A DNA stretch of 64,000 nt from Candidatus Krumholzibacteriia bacterium (GTDB lineage Bacteria > Krumholzibacteriota > Krumholzibacteriia > LZORAL124-64-63). The stretch lies in contig CAWKEB010000002.1 in assembly GCA_963848505.1 (NCBI GenBank), positions 845,840 through 909,839 of the forward strand, given 5' to 3'. A program made the translations under genes and the position numbers. Below, one piece after another: positions 31,310-42,804 of this stretch. The notes beneath the pieces were generated by a model. That model did no database searches and was not told the DNA's origin. It saw only the letters and a program-made list of their open reading frames with translations. Numbering within the stretch: the stretch's first letter is position 1; each line of letters starts with the position of its first letter.

Positions 31310-32692
31310 GTGCAAGACCTGAGCATCCTGATCCTGGTCGCGACCGTGGTGATGATCTTCTTCGTCACCCTGATCAGCTTCGCGACCCGCTACAAGCGCT
31401 GCCCGTCCGACAAGATCCTGGTGGTCTACGGCAAGATCTCGGGCAAGGGGCCGGCCCAGTCGTCCAAGTGCATCCACGGCGGCGCCACCTTCGTGTGGCC
31501 GGTGCTGCAGGACCACGCTTTCCTGGACCTGACACCCATCCCCATCGACATCAAGCTGGAGAGCGCGCTGTCGCTGCAGAACATCCGCGTCAACACGCCG
31601 TCCACCTTCACCGTGGGCGTCTCGACCGAGTCGGGCGTGATGCAGAACGCGGCCGAGCGCCTGCTGGGCCAATCCCAGCAGAACATCCAGGACCTGGCCC
31701 GCGACATCATCTTCGGCCAGATGCGCGTGGTCATCGCCACCATGTCCATCGAGGACATCAACGCCGACCGCGAGCAGCTGATCGACAACATCACCAAGGG
31801 CGTCGAGAGCGAGCTGCAGAAGGTCGGTCTGCGCCTGATCAACGTGAACATCCAGGACATCACCGACGAGTCGGGCTACATCGAGGCCCTGGGCCAGGAA
31901 GCGGCCGCCCGCGCCATCAACGAGGCCAAGAAGAAGGTGGCCGAGCAGCTGCGCGACGGCGAGATCGGCAAGGCCCAGGCCGAGCGCGAGCAGCGCATCA
32001 AGGTGGCCGCGGCCCACGCCGCCGCCGTCGAGGGCGAGAACACGGCCAAGATCACCATCGCCAACTCGGACGCCAGCCGACGGGAGCGCGAGGCCGAGGC
32101 CGCCCGCCGTGCCGTGGCCTCGGAGAAGGTGCAGTCGGCCCAGGCCCTGCAGGAGTCCTACACGGCCGAGGAGCTGGCCGAGCGCGAGCGCGCCCGCCGC
32201 GAGGAGGCCACCCAGGTGGCCAACATCGTGGTGCCGGCCGAGATCGAGAAGCGCCGGATCGAGACCCTGGCCGAGGCCGAGGCCGAACGCATCCGCCGCA
32301 CCAAGCGGGGCGAGGCGGACGGCGTGCTGTCGATGATGACCGCCGAGGCCGACGGCCTCAAGGCCATCCTGACCCGCAAGGCCGCGGGCTTCGCCGACAT
32401 CGTCAAGGCGGCCGAGAACCAGGCCGAGCTGGCGGCGCTGCTGCTGATCACCGAGCAGATGCCCAAGCTGGTGGAGGAGCAGGTCAAGGCCATCGCCAAC
32501 CTGAAGATCGACCAGATCACCGTCTGGGAAGGCGGGCGCAAGGCCGACGGCAAGACCTCGACCGCCGACTTCCTCAGCGGCATGGTGGGCGCGCTGCCGC
32601 CGCTGCACGAGCTGACCAAGAACGTGGGCATCAACCTGCCCGAGTACCTGGGCAGGGTGCGCGAGACCGCGCCGCCGCCGGCGGCCGAGTAG
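31310..32692 (+). CDS. Flotillin-like SPFH/band-7 protein (FloA/YqiK-like), GTG start.
   Basis: Seen in sequence: N-terminal TM helix, an SPFH domain and a long EA-rich coiled-coil C-terminal region (AEAEAERIRRTKRGEADG...). Confidence 0.8.
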   Translation: MQDLSILILVATVVMIFFVTLISFATRYKRCPSDKILVVYGKISGKGPAQSSKCIHGGATFVWPVLQDHAFLDLTPIPIDIKLESALSLQNIRVNTPSTFTVGVSTESGVMQNAAERLLGQSQQNIQDLARDIIFGQMRVVIATMSIEDINADREQLIDNITKGVESELQKVGLRLINVNIQDITDESGYIEALGQEAAARAINEAKKKVAEQLRDGEIGKAQAEREQRIKVAAAHAAAVEGENTAKITIANSDASRREREAEAARRAVASEKVQSAQALQESYTAEELAERERARREEATQVANIVVPAEIEKRRIETLAEAEAERIRRTKRGEADGVLSMMTAEADGLKAILTRKAAGFADIVKAAENQAELAALLLITEQMPKLVEEQVKAIANLKIDQITVWEGGRKADGKTSTADFLSGMVGALPPLHELTKNVGINLPEYLGRVRETAPPPAAE

Positions 32693-32725
32693 ACGGATCG
32701 ACGCCCGATCCGTGGCGAAGCACGA

Positions 32726-32753
32726 GGGCCCCGGGGCATCCCGGGGCCCTTTG
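32726..32753 (+). terminator. Hairpin gggccccgg-ggcatc-ccggggccc followed by ttt, after the flotillin gene. A second hairpin lies at 32693-32713. The region sits between convergent genes.
   Basis: Seen in sequence. Confidence 0.45.
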
Positions 32754-32772
32754 CGGCCGGGTCGCGGGGCAC

Positions 32773-33483
32773 TCAGCGCACGATGAACCAGTCCTGGGCC
32801 GCACCGGCGGCCAGATGGATGATCACCACCGGCCAGATCGAGCCGGTGCGTCTGGCCACGCCGCCGAAGGCCAGGCCGGCCGGGATCGCCGCCAGGGTTT
32901 CCGGCAGGGGCCGTCCGAAATGGGCGATTACCGACAGCGCGGTCTGGATCACGTTGGCGCCGGCGAAGCCGAATCGGCGCGTGAGCCCGCCGATCAGGAC
33001 GCCGCGGAACAGCAGCTCCCAGCCGAGATAGAAAGCGAACTGACCGGCCATGTGCGCCAGGAAGCCCGCCGCCGTCGGCTGCAGACCGGCCTGCAGCGGA
33101 TAGACCGAACGCATGCCGGGTTCCGCGGCCGAGAGACCACCCAGCAGCACGGCGATCGGCACTCCGATCGCCGTCCATACCAGTGCCGATCGCCAGCGGC
33201 CCAGGCCAAGCCCCACGTCCCGCGGGGACAGACCACCCAGCAAGCGGGCCGCCGCCAGGGGCAGCATGCCGAGCACGACCATCGCGGCGACGTTGTGCTG
33301 CATGAACGACAAGGCGGGCCCGGTCATCGTGCTCAGCTCCCCACCCGCGCCGACCACGCCGATCGTGTCGACCCGCAACCGGTAGTAGAACACGGTCAAC
33401 GTGATGACAGCGAACAGGATAAGGCCGACGGAGCGGTCCAGACCCAGGACCTGCCGCTCAGGCGTGCTGGAGTACGGGCACAT
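32773..33483 (-). CDS. CPBP-family intramembrane metalloprotease (CAAX protease / Abi).
   Basis: Seen in sequence: motif GWELLFRGVLIGGL (EExxxR motif) and a downstream His-containing motif AHFGRP in a polytopic membrane protein. The start was chosen at MCPYSS (33483) and is uncertain. Confidence 0.6.
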   Translation of the reverse strand: MCPYSSTPERQVLGLDRSVGLILFAVITLTVFYYRLRVDTIGVVGAGGELSTMTGPALSFMQHNVAAMVVLGMLPLAAARLLGGLSPRDVGLGLGRWRSALVWTAIGVPIAVLLGGLSAAEPGMRSVYPLQAGLQPTAAGFLAHMAGQFAFYLGWELLFRGVLIGGLTRRFGFAGANVIQTALSVIAHFGRPLPETLAAIPAGLAFGGVARRTGSIWPVVIIHLAAGAAQDWFIVR

Positions 33484-34465
33484 GCCAGGGTCCTTTCTCC
33501 TGGTCCTGCAACCAGGCAATGGTCCGGCGCAGGCCTTCGCGCAGGGGCTGGGGTGCGTAGCCCAGATCTTCGCGGGCCATGCCGCTATCCACAGGACGGT
33601 CCTCGAGGAAGTAGTCAAGCCACTCCGGCGTCAGACTCGCCCTGCCGCCAAGGCGGCACCAGGCTTTGGCCAGGACCGCCGCGGGCAGCACGACGGCCGG
33701 CGCGACGGGCAACAATACGCGCCGGACTGCGGAAACATCGGCGACGGTGTCGAGGAATCGACGCAGGGACGCGTTCTCGCCGCCCAGGTTGTAGGACGCT
33801 CCGCACTGGCCATGGCGTGCGGCCAGTTCGATGCCCCGGGCCACGTCGTCCACGTGGACGTAGTTGGAGCGGACGTCGCCGTCCCGCAGCCGGATGCGCA
33901 GCCTCCCGTTCAGGTACATGGCGATCAGGCGCGTTGTCCCGTTCGCGTCGTTCCAGGGACCGGGGCCGTGCACCCGCGTGGGGCGGACGATCACGGCGTC
34001 GTGGCCGCCGGCGACGTAGCGATGCACAAGGTCTTCGGAGGCGGCCTTGCTCCGCGCGTAGGGTGTCGGGTTCCGGCGCGCGCCGCGGGGGCGGGCGGGC
34101 ACCAGGGGCGGCAGGACGGCCATGGAGGAAACATGGACGAAGCGGGTGATCCGATGTCTTGCGGCCGCGGACAGCAACAGCTGCACCGCACCGGCGTTCA
34201 GCCGGTCGTACTGGGCGTCCTCGCGGGCGCAAGCCGTGGCCAGCGCGGCCAGGTGCAGGACGTGGGTCACGCCGCGCATGGCGCGGTCGGCCGCGTCGGG
34301 ATCGCCGAGTTCACCGCGCACGATCTCCACCTGCGCAGCAAGCGGGCGCGGCAGCTTTTGCGGGTCGCGCACCAGGACCCGCACGGAATGGTCGCCTCCG
34401 ACCAGTCGCGACAGCAAACGGCAGCCGATGAATCCGGTCGCCCCGGTGATGAGGAGGGACTTCAT
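33458..34465 (-). CDS. NAD-dependent epimerase/dehydratase family protein (SDR).
   Basis: Seen in sequence: MKSLLITGATGFIGCRLL (Rossmann GxxGxxG) and YxxxK-type catalytic context (YARSKAASE). Confidence 0.8.
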   Translation of the reverse strand: MKSLLITGATGFIGCRLLSRLVGGDHSVRVLVRDPQKLPRPLAAQVEIVRGELGDPDAADRAMRGVTHVLHLAALATACAREDAQYDRLNAGAVQLLLSAAARHRITRFVHVSSMAVLPPLVPARPRGARRNPTPYARSKAASEDLVHRYVAGGHDAVIVRPTRVHGPGPWNDANGTTRLIAMYLNGRLRIRLRDGDVRSNYVHVDDVARGIELAARHGQCGASYNLGGENASLRRFLDTVADVSAVRRVLLPVAPAVVLPAAVLAKAWCRLGGRASLTPEWLDYFLEDRPVDSGMAREDLGYAPQPLREGLRRTIAWLQDQEKGPWHVPVLQHA

Positions 34466-35337
34466 GTGCGGCTCCTTTCGATGCGCAGGAACGCGGATTC
34501 ATGGCCGCGAACCAGCGCCAGGCGCACGCCGACCGCCACGATGACGCCGGCGAGCGAATCGAGCGCGTAGTGATTCCCGGTGTAGACCGTCGACACGACG
34601 ATCATCGCGGCCCACAGCAGCAGTCCCCGCCGCACCCGTCCCGCCGCGTAGGTGCCGGCCGCCAGGGCGGCAGCCAGCGCGCCCGCGCAATGGGAGCTGG
34701 GGAAGGCAGTGCCGTCCGAATCACCCGTGCGACGCATCCAGTCGGCAATACCGGCCAGGGTGCCGTCCCCGGGCATGGCGGCCGCTCCCAGCAATGCTCT
34801 TGGCCCCTGAACCGGCAGCAGCAGATAGATGGTGAAGCACAGGAGATAGGAGCTCATGACCAGGAGCGTGTAACGTGCGCAGGCGGTGCTGCGGCCGCGC
34901 AGCGCCAGGAGCAGGGGCGGACCCAGGACCAGGACGTAGTAGGACAGGTAGACGAGGTTCATCGCTTCGCCGATCGCAGCACCGGGCAGGATCCGGGTGA
35001 GGTGGTCGTGCCAGTGCACGCCGAAGACCGCCAGGTCGGTCGCGGCAATGCCGGGGTCGTGCGGAGACCTTCCCAGCAGGCCGTAAAGCCAGCCGGTCTC
35101 GATCCAGCAGGCGATCCACAGGGCGTACGGCAGGACCAGTCGCCAGGCACTGCGCCGCTCGTCGGGCAGCGGGCGCGCGAACCGCAGCAGGATCAGCGCC
35201 GCCGCCAGGTTGGCCGCGACGAGGGCGGCCGCCGCGACCGGCCGCGTGGCGAGGCCGACCAGGCAGATGCCCGCAACCGCCACCCGGTGGATGGCGAACA
35301 GCCGCATCACCGCGGCATGGTCGTTGATCAGAGCCAT
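34462..35337 (-). CDS. PAP2-superfamily (phosphatidic-acid-phosphatase type 2-like) integral membrane protein.
   Basis: Seen in sequence: polytopic membrane protein with PSSH (PSGH-like) and GNHYALD (SRxxxxxHxxxD-like) motifs. Start MALINDH at 35337, overlapping the upstream gene by 10 nt. Confidence 0.55.
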   Translation of the reverse strand: MALINDHAAVMRLFAIHRVAVAGICLVGLATRPVAAAALVAANLAAALILLRFARPLPDERRSAWRLVLPYALWIACWIETGWLYGLLGRSPHDPGIAATDLAVFGVHWHDHLTRILPGAAIGEAMNLVYLSYYVLVLGPPLLLALRGRSTACARYTLLVMSSYLLCFTIYLLLPVQGPRALLGAAAMPGDGTLAGIADWMRRTGDSDGTAFPSSHCAGALAAALAAGTYAAGRVRRGLLLWAAMIVVSTVYTGNHYALDSLAGVIVAVGVRLALVRGHESAFLRIERSRT

Positions 35338-36308
35338 TGCTCCCTCCTCAGCCAGTCGGCGGTGTGGCCGACGCCTGCGAGCAGCGGGAAACGGGGGTTG
35401 TAGCTGAGCTCGCCCATGGCGGCGGCGACGTCGCAAACCCAGCCGGTCTGGGCCAGCTCGCGGACCCGGTCGCGGTTCAGGTTCGCGGCGCGACGGCGGA
35501 CCATGGCCACCGCTTCGGCGGCGACGGCGACGGCGTGGGCGGTGCCCACCGAAAGCGCGAATCGCCGAGGGTTGCGGTCCAGGACCAGGGCTACCGCAGT
35601 CACGAACTCGCCCCAGGTTGCCGGCGTCGGATGCGCGATGCAGTAGGTGCGACCCGGTGCGTGGGGCGAAACGCCGGCGCGGACCAGACCGGCGACGGCG
35701 TCCATCACGTGGACGAGACTGACTTGCCGATGCCATGGGCCGACGGTGAAGGCGACGCCGTGCGACACCATCTGGAACAGCTTCAGGACCGCGCGGTCGC
35801 GCGGGCCGTAGACGGCCGGGAACCGGCAGATGACCGCCGGTACGCGGTCGGCGTAGGCGTGCAGGAGCGCTTCGGCCTGCAACTTGGAACGCCCGTAATG
35901 GGACAGCGGCATGGGGACCGAATCGCTGTCCAGCATCAGGCCGGGACGGGCGGGCCCGACCGCGGCCAAGGACGACATGAACACGACCCGCGGTGGAGCC
36001 CCGGCGCTGTCGGCGGCGGCCTGCACCACGTTCGCGGTGCCGATGGTGTTGACGGCATAGCAGTCCTGCGGACGGCGCGCCTCGGTGAGGGCGGCCAGAT
36101 GGTAGACGACCTGCACGCCGCGCATCGCCGCGCGCAGTTCTTGCGTACGGTGGAGGCCGCAGTCGTGGTAGTCGATATCCAGACCCTGCAGCCAGCGCCG
36201 CGGTGCGCCCGGGCGCTCGACGGCGACGACCTCGTCGCCCCGTTCAAGCAACTGTTCCACGAGATGGCTGCCGACGAAGCCGGCGGCACCGGTCACGAGC
36301 GATTTCAT
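35328..36308 (-). CDS. NAD-dependent epimerase/dehydratase family protein (SDR), second copy.
   Basis: Seen in sequence: MKSLVTGAAGFVGSHLVEQLL and YGRSKLQAE. Confidence 0.8.
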   Translation of the reverse strand: MKSLVTGAAGFVGSHLVEQLLERGDEVVAVERPGAPRRWLQGLDIDYHDCGLHRTQELRAAMRGVQVVYHLAALTEARRPQDCYAVNTIGTANVVQAAADSAGAPPRVVFMSSLAAVGPARPGLMLDSDSVPMPLSHYGRSKLQAEALLHAYADRVPAVICRFPAVYGPRDRAVLKLFQMVSHGVAFTVGPWHRQVSLVHVMDAVAGLVRAGVSPHAPGRTYCIAHPTPATWGEFVTAVALVLDRNPRRFALSVGTAHAVAVAAEAVAMVRRRAANLNRDRVRELAQTGWVCDVAAAMGELSYNPRFPLLAGVGHTADWLRREQWL

Positions 36309-37213
36309 GGCGTGCTCCTTTGGGCGGTCCCGGGCAGCAGGGCTACCTGGGAGTGTTGGGCGGCGGCCAGGACCGCCGCGGCCACGGCGTCGGGAATCTC
36401 CTCGAAGAGGTAGTGCCCGGCCCCGGCGAAGGACTGGGTGTGGAAGTTGGCGATCCGTGCGTGGAGCAGCGCGACTTCTGCGGGTGTGGGAGAGCCTTCA
36501 TGGGGTGCGGTACCGAGCAGCAGCGTGACCCTGCAGTCGATGCGGTCGAGATTCGCATGCAGCGATTCGGGCTCTTCGGCGTCGGCCATGGCCCGCAGGG
36601 CAGCAATCGTCCCCGACAGGTCACGGGCCGCTCCCGCGAAGTACCGCTTCACCGTGATGCCGTCGATCCACGAACGATCGCCGGACGCGTCCTCGAGCCC
36701 GGCCTGGAAGCGGTCACGCAGCAGGCGGCTGCCGCCCAGTTTGGCCGCTAGGGAGGCCAGGCCGAGGGATCTCTTCACTGCCGGGGTCGTGCCGTTCTCA
36801 TCGGGCCCGCCTTCGATCAGCACCACGCCCGCCACGAGGTCGGGACGGCGGTAGGCCAGGCGCAGGACCATCGATCCGGACACTCCATGCCCAACCACGA
36901 AGGCCGGTCCGGCGCCCAGTCGGTCCATGACCGCGGCGACGCGGTCGGCCTGAGCGGTCAGGCTGTAGTCGGCGCCCGCAGGCCGGGCCGACGCGCCGAT
37001 GCCCAGCGGTTCGATCACGATCACCCGGCAGCCCGCGGCCGTGAGCCCGGGGATCACCTGCCGAAATCCGAAGGCGCAACCGGTCAAGCCCGGCACCAGC
37101 ACGATCGTTCGGCCTTCGCCCTGGTCGTGGACGCACAGGCGTTCGTCGGGCGCAACCTCGAGGTCCTGGGCCGCTCCAGCCGCCAGCACGGCCATCATCA
37201 GCAAGGCGACCAT
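36305..37213 (-). CDS. Alpha/beta-hydrolase-fold protein (secreted or membrane-anchored).
   Basis: Seen in sequence: signal-like MVALLMMAVLAAGAA and a GHGVSG nucleophile-elbow-type motif (GxSxG variant GHGVSGS). Confidence 0.6.
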   Translation of the reverse strand: MVALLMMAVLAAGAAQDLEVAPDERLCVHDQGEGRTIVLVPGLTGCAFGFRQVIPGLTAAGCRVIVIEPLGIGASARPAGADYSLTAQADRVAAVMDRLGAGPAFVVGHGVSGSMVLRLAYRRPDLVAGVVLIEGGPDENGTTPAVKRSLGLASLAAKLGGSRLLRDRFQAGLEDASGDRSWIDGITVKRYFAGAARDLSGTIAALRAMADAEEPESLHANLDRIDCRVTLLLGTAPHEGSPTPAEVALLHARIANFHTQSFAGAGHYLFEEIPDAVAAAVLAAAQHSQVALLPGTAQRSTP

Positions 37214-37537
37214 GGTCTTCCCCTTTCGTCGGTGATCCGGCGGCGGGTCTGCCGCGCAGGATGCATCCGTGCCAGCGCAAAGGCCGGGCCCACAGGCGAG
37301 ACGACTGACCGACATCAGGGTTAACGGTTGTCGAAGAGGGACTTGGGGAGCTCACGGCGTTGGTCGCCGGCCGCCGACCGGCGCGTCGATCCGGGGGGTG
37401 GTGTGCGCAGCTGTGAACAATCGAGTGCGGGGCCGGTGGCCCCGGCGGTGCGTCACGGCGGCGGCTGCCTGACCGGGAAAGACGACGGCCCCCCGGGGGA
37501 ATCTCCGGGGGGCCGCGTTGCTATCGGTCCGCCGCGA

Positions 37538-39778
<2,241 letters not shown>

Positions 39779-39879
39779 TTATGATAGGCTAGACTTAATA
39801 CAGAAATGGATCAAGTAGAATATTGGAATTAGTAGTCTTGATGATTGCGCTCTGCCAACAGGGGCCTTATGCTCGGGGC

Positions 39880-40296
39880 ATGACCGACCATCAGGACATC
39901 AGCAAACTCCTGCAGGAGCGAGGCATCCAGCCCTCTGCGCAGCGGGTGGCCATCGCCCGGCACGTGCTGGGCACCGATCGGCACCCGACGGCGGACCAGG
40001 TCCTGGCCGGGGTGCGCCACACCTTCCCCATGGTCTCGCGCGCCACGGTCTACAACACGTTGAAGCTGTTCCTGGCCCGGGGGCTGCTGCAGACCTTCCA
40101 GTTCGAGGGCGGGGTCACGGTCTACGATCCCAACGTCGACCGGCACCACCATTTTATCGACGAGGACTCGGGCGAGGTCGTTGATCTGCCCTGGGATTCG
40201 CTCGAGGTCCGGCGCGTCGAGGACCTGCCCGACTTCACCGTCGCTTCCTATATGGTGGTCATGCGCGGCAAGCGCCGGGGCGGGTCACCGGCCTAG
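39880..40296 (+). CDS. Fur-family transcriptional regulator (PerR/CatR-like), divergent from katG.
   Basis: Seen in sequence: SAQRVAIARHVL...HPTADQVL...TVYNTLKLF is a Fur-family winged helix. C-terminal His cluster (DRHHHF). Classic divergent katG-fur arrangement (established knowledge). Confidence 0.75.
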   Translation: MTDHQDISKLLQERGIQPSAQRVAIARHVLGTDRHPTADQVLAGVRHTFPMVSRATVYNTLKLFLARGLLQTFQFEGGVTVYDPNVDRHHHFIDEDSGEVVDLPWDSLEVRRVEDLPDFTVASYMVVMRGKRRGGSPA

Positions 40297-42098
40297 GCCA
40301 GCGCGTTGATCTGGAACCGCGTCGTCGCCGCGTCCTGCAGCTCGCGGATGGCCTGGAACGCCTCCTTCAGGTGCCGCTGCTCCACCGGCGAGAGCTTCTC
40401 CAGCACGATCAGGTTGTCGGGCGCGGCGCCGGCCCGCACCGCGGCCAACTGCTGCCCCAGCCGCACCTGCAGCAGGAAGCGGTAGGTCTCGATCAGGGTC
40501 TCGCCCAGCTCCAGGCTCAGCGCGCCGCCGGCGATGGCGGCTTCCAGGCGCTCGCGGGTGGGCCGCGCCCGGGTGCGCACCTGCAGGCCGTAGACCCGGG
40601 CCATGGACACGATGGGCGCCAGGCCGCCGGTCTTCAGATCCACCCGCCCGTCCTCGGCGCGGATGCGCCGGAACAACCCCAGCGGCGGGCGGAAACCGCG
40701 GGCGACCCGGGCCATGCGGGCCAGGAAGAGCTGGTTGTCGGCCGCGGCCGCCACCAGTTCGTGCAGGGGCTCACAATCCAACTCTCCACACACGCTGCGG
40801 AAATCGAAGAAGATGGCCGCCTCGACCAGCGCCTCGCCACTGGCGCCACGGATCCAGCCGTCGAAGGTGGCCCGCATCTCCGGCAGTGAGCGGCACCAGT
40901 TGGTGGCCATGTAGCCGCCCGGGCAGGGCGGGAAGCCGGCGGCCATGAGGCTGTCCACCACGTGGCGGGCCAGGCGGGCGAAGTAGTCGGTGGCTTCGTC
41001 GGTGGCCTCGGCGTAGACCAGGGCGTTGTCCTGGTCCGTGAGCAGGGCCTGCTCCATGCGGCCCTCCGAGCCGAACACCAGCCAGGCGAAGGCGCAGGGC
41101 GCGGGGCCCAGTTCGGCCTGGGCCAGGGCGACCAGGCGGTGCACCAGCATGTCGTTGACCTGGGCGAAGACCTTGCCGATCTGCGCCACCTTCAAGCCGC
41201 CGGCGAACAGGTCCTCGATCATGGCGGCGGACTCGCCGGCGTACCAACCGAGGGGCTCACCAGGCTCCAGGTTCTCCAGGCGATGCAGCAGCGACAACGG
41301 GCTGCGGGTCTGGTGGCGCAGCAGGTCGGCGGCCGAAACGATGCCCGTGACGCGCTCGCCGTCGGTGACCGGCAGGTGGTGGATGCGGTGCTCCAGCAGG
41401 TAGAGCAGGGCGCCGTGGACGGGAGTGTCGGCGGGCAGGGTCTTGACGGGGCTGCTCATGACCTGCGCCACGGGCGTGTCGGGGCCCCGGCCTGCGGCCA
41501 GGACCTTCACCTGGAAGTCATGGTCGGTCAGGATGCCCGCCGGGTCGCCGTCCACCAGCACCACGTCGGCCCTGCCGTCGCGCATGGCGCGCGCGGCGTC
41601 GGCCACGGTGGCATCCGGCGCGATGCGCAGCGGCGCCTTGGCCAGGCTGCCCACCGGCAGGGTCATACCCCCGCCCATGGCTGCGGCTCCGGAGCGTGGC
41701 CCTCCGCGCAGCCGCTGGCTCAGGCTGGTCAGGAAGAACCCCGCGAACTCGGCGTTGCCCAGCAGCTCGCGAAAGACCGCCGCGGGGATGCGGTGCAGCA
41801 CCAGCTCGCCCGCCGCGATGACATCGCTGCCCGGGGCATTGCCGCCGAGGATGGACGGATAGCCGAAGCACTCGCCCTCCTCGATCTCCTGCAGCACCTG
41901 GCCGTCGCGCACCAGGTGGGCGCTGCCCTTGCCGACGATGTGCAGGAACTCGCTGACGCGCCCGCCCTGGCGCAGGATGATGGTCCCGCCGGGGACCGTC
42001 AGCGTGCCCGCACTGCGGGCGGCCGTCTCCAGTTCGGCCGGCGTCAACCGGTCGAAGGGATGGTGGCGGCTGAGGAACTCGAGATCCTGCGAGGTCAT
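40293..42098 (-). CDS. Signal-transduction protein: cyclic-nucleotide-binding domain + tandem CBS domains + DUF294 putative nucleotidyltransferase domains.
   Basis: Seen in sequence: cNMP-binding (GECFGYPSILGGNAPGSDVIAAGELVLHRIP), CBS pairs, and a nucleotidyltransferase-like region (AWLVFGSEGRMEQALLTDQDNALVY). Confidence 0.65.
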   Translation of the reverse strand: MTSQDLEFLSRHHPFDRLTPAELETAARSAGTLTVPGGTIILRQGGRVSEFLHIVGKGSAHLVRDGQVLQEIEEGECFGYPSILGGNAPGSDVIAAGELVLHRIPAAVFRELLGNAEFAGFFLTSLSQRLRGGPRSGAAAMGGGMTLPVGSLAKAPLRIAPDATVADAARAMRDGRADVVLVDGDPAGILTDHDFQVKVLAAGRGPDTPVAQVMSSPVKTLPADTPVHGALLYLLEHRIHHLPVTDGERVTGIVSAADLLRHQTRSPLSLLHRLENLEPGEPLGWYAGESAAMIEDLFAGGLKVAQIGKVFAQVNDMLVHRLVALAQAELGPAPCAFAWLVFGSEGRMEQALLTDQDNALVYAEATDEATDYFARLARHVVDSLMAAGFPPCPGGYMATNWCRSLPEMRATFDGWIRGASGEALVEAAIFFDFRSVCGELDCEPLHELVAAAADNQLFLARMARVARGFRPPLGLFRRIRAEDGRVDLKTGGLAPIVSMARVYGLQVRTRARPTRERLEAAIAGGALSLELGETLIETYRFLLQVRLGQQLAAVRAGAAPDNLIVLEKLSPVEQRHLKEAFQAIRELQDAATTRFQINALA

Positions 42099-42204
42099 GG
42101 GCTTCCCGTCGGCTGAACGGTGACGATTCCGGGTGATCATCGGCGGCGCGCAGGGGTCCAGGCAAGGGGAAAGCGCCGGGCGATTGAGCATTCGTCAGCA
42201 ATCG

Positions 42205-42218
42205 TGTCCCCGGGGACA
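42205..42218. promoter_or_regulatory. Perfect 14-bp palindrome TGTCCCCGGGGACA in the divergent promoter region between the DUF294 sensor gene (-) and the GNAT gene (+). Candidate operator.
   Basis: Seen in sequence. Confidence 0.3.
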
Positions 42219-42326
42219 GCAAAAAGGTCGAATCGTCAAGCTGCGCCGGACCGGCCGCGTGGTATTGTCGACCGACCCTGGCCGACGTATTGCACTGCGC
42301 GAGGTGAGCCCGTGCCCATTCGACCC

Positions 42327-42800
42327 ATGACCGCCGCCGATTGGCCCGCCGTGCGCGCCATCTACGCCGAGGGCATCGCCACCGGCCACGCCACCTTCGC
42401 CACCGACCCGGGCGACTGGGCACAGTGGGACGCCGGCCACTTCCCGACCTGCCGCCTTGTCGCCTGCGACGGCGCCGCGGTCCTGGGCTGGGCCGCCCTG
42501 AGCCGCGTCTCGGACCGCTGTGTCTACGGCGGCGTGGGCGAAATCTCCGTCTATGTGGCCGGCGCGGCGCGGGGGCGGGGGTTGGGCCGCGAGCTGCTGC
42601 AGGAGTTGATCGACGAATCCGAGCGCCACGGCTTCTGGACCCTGCAGGCCGGCATCTTCCCCGAGAACACCGCCAGCGTGGCCATCCACGAGCGCTGCGG
42701 CTTCCGCCTGGTGGGGCGCCGCGAGCGCCTGGGCAAGTTGGCCGGCATGTGGCGCGATGTGCTGCTGCTGGAACGGCGCAGCGCGGTCACGGGCGGCTGA
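42327..42800 (+). CDS. GNAT-family N-acetyltransferase (phosphinothricin-acetyltransferase-like).
   Basis: Seen in sequence: IRPMTAADWPAVRAIYAEGIATGHATF... and a GNAT acetyl-CoA motif (VAGAARGRGLGRELLQELI). Confidence 0.75.
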   Translation: MTAADWPAVRAIYAEGIATGHATFATDPGDWAQWDAGHFPTCRLVACDGAAVLGWAALSRVSDRCVYGGVGEISVYVAGAARGRGLGRELLQELIDESERHGFWTLQAGIFPENTASVAIHERCGFRLVGRRERLGKLAGMWRDVLLLERRSAVTGG

Positions 42801-42804
42801 ACCC

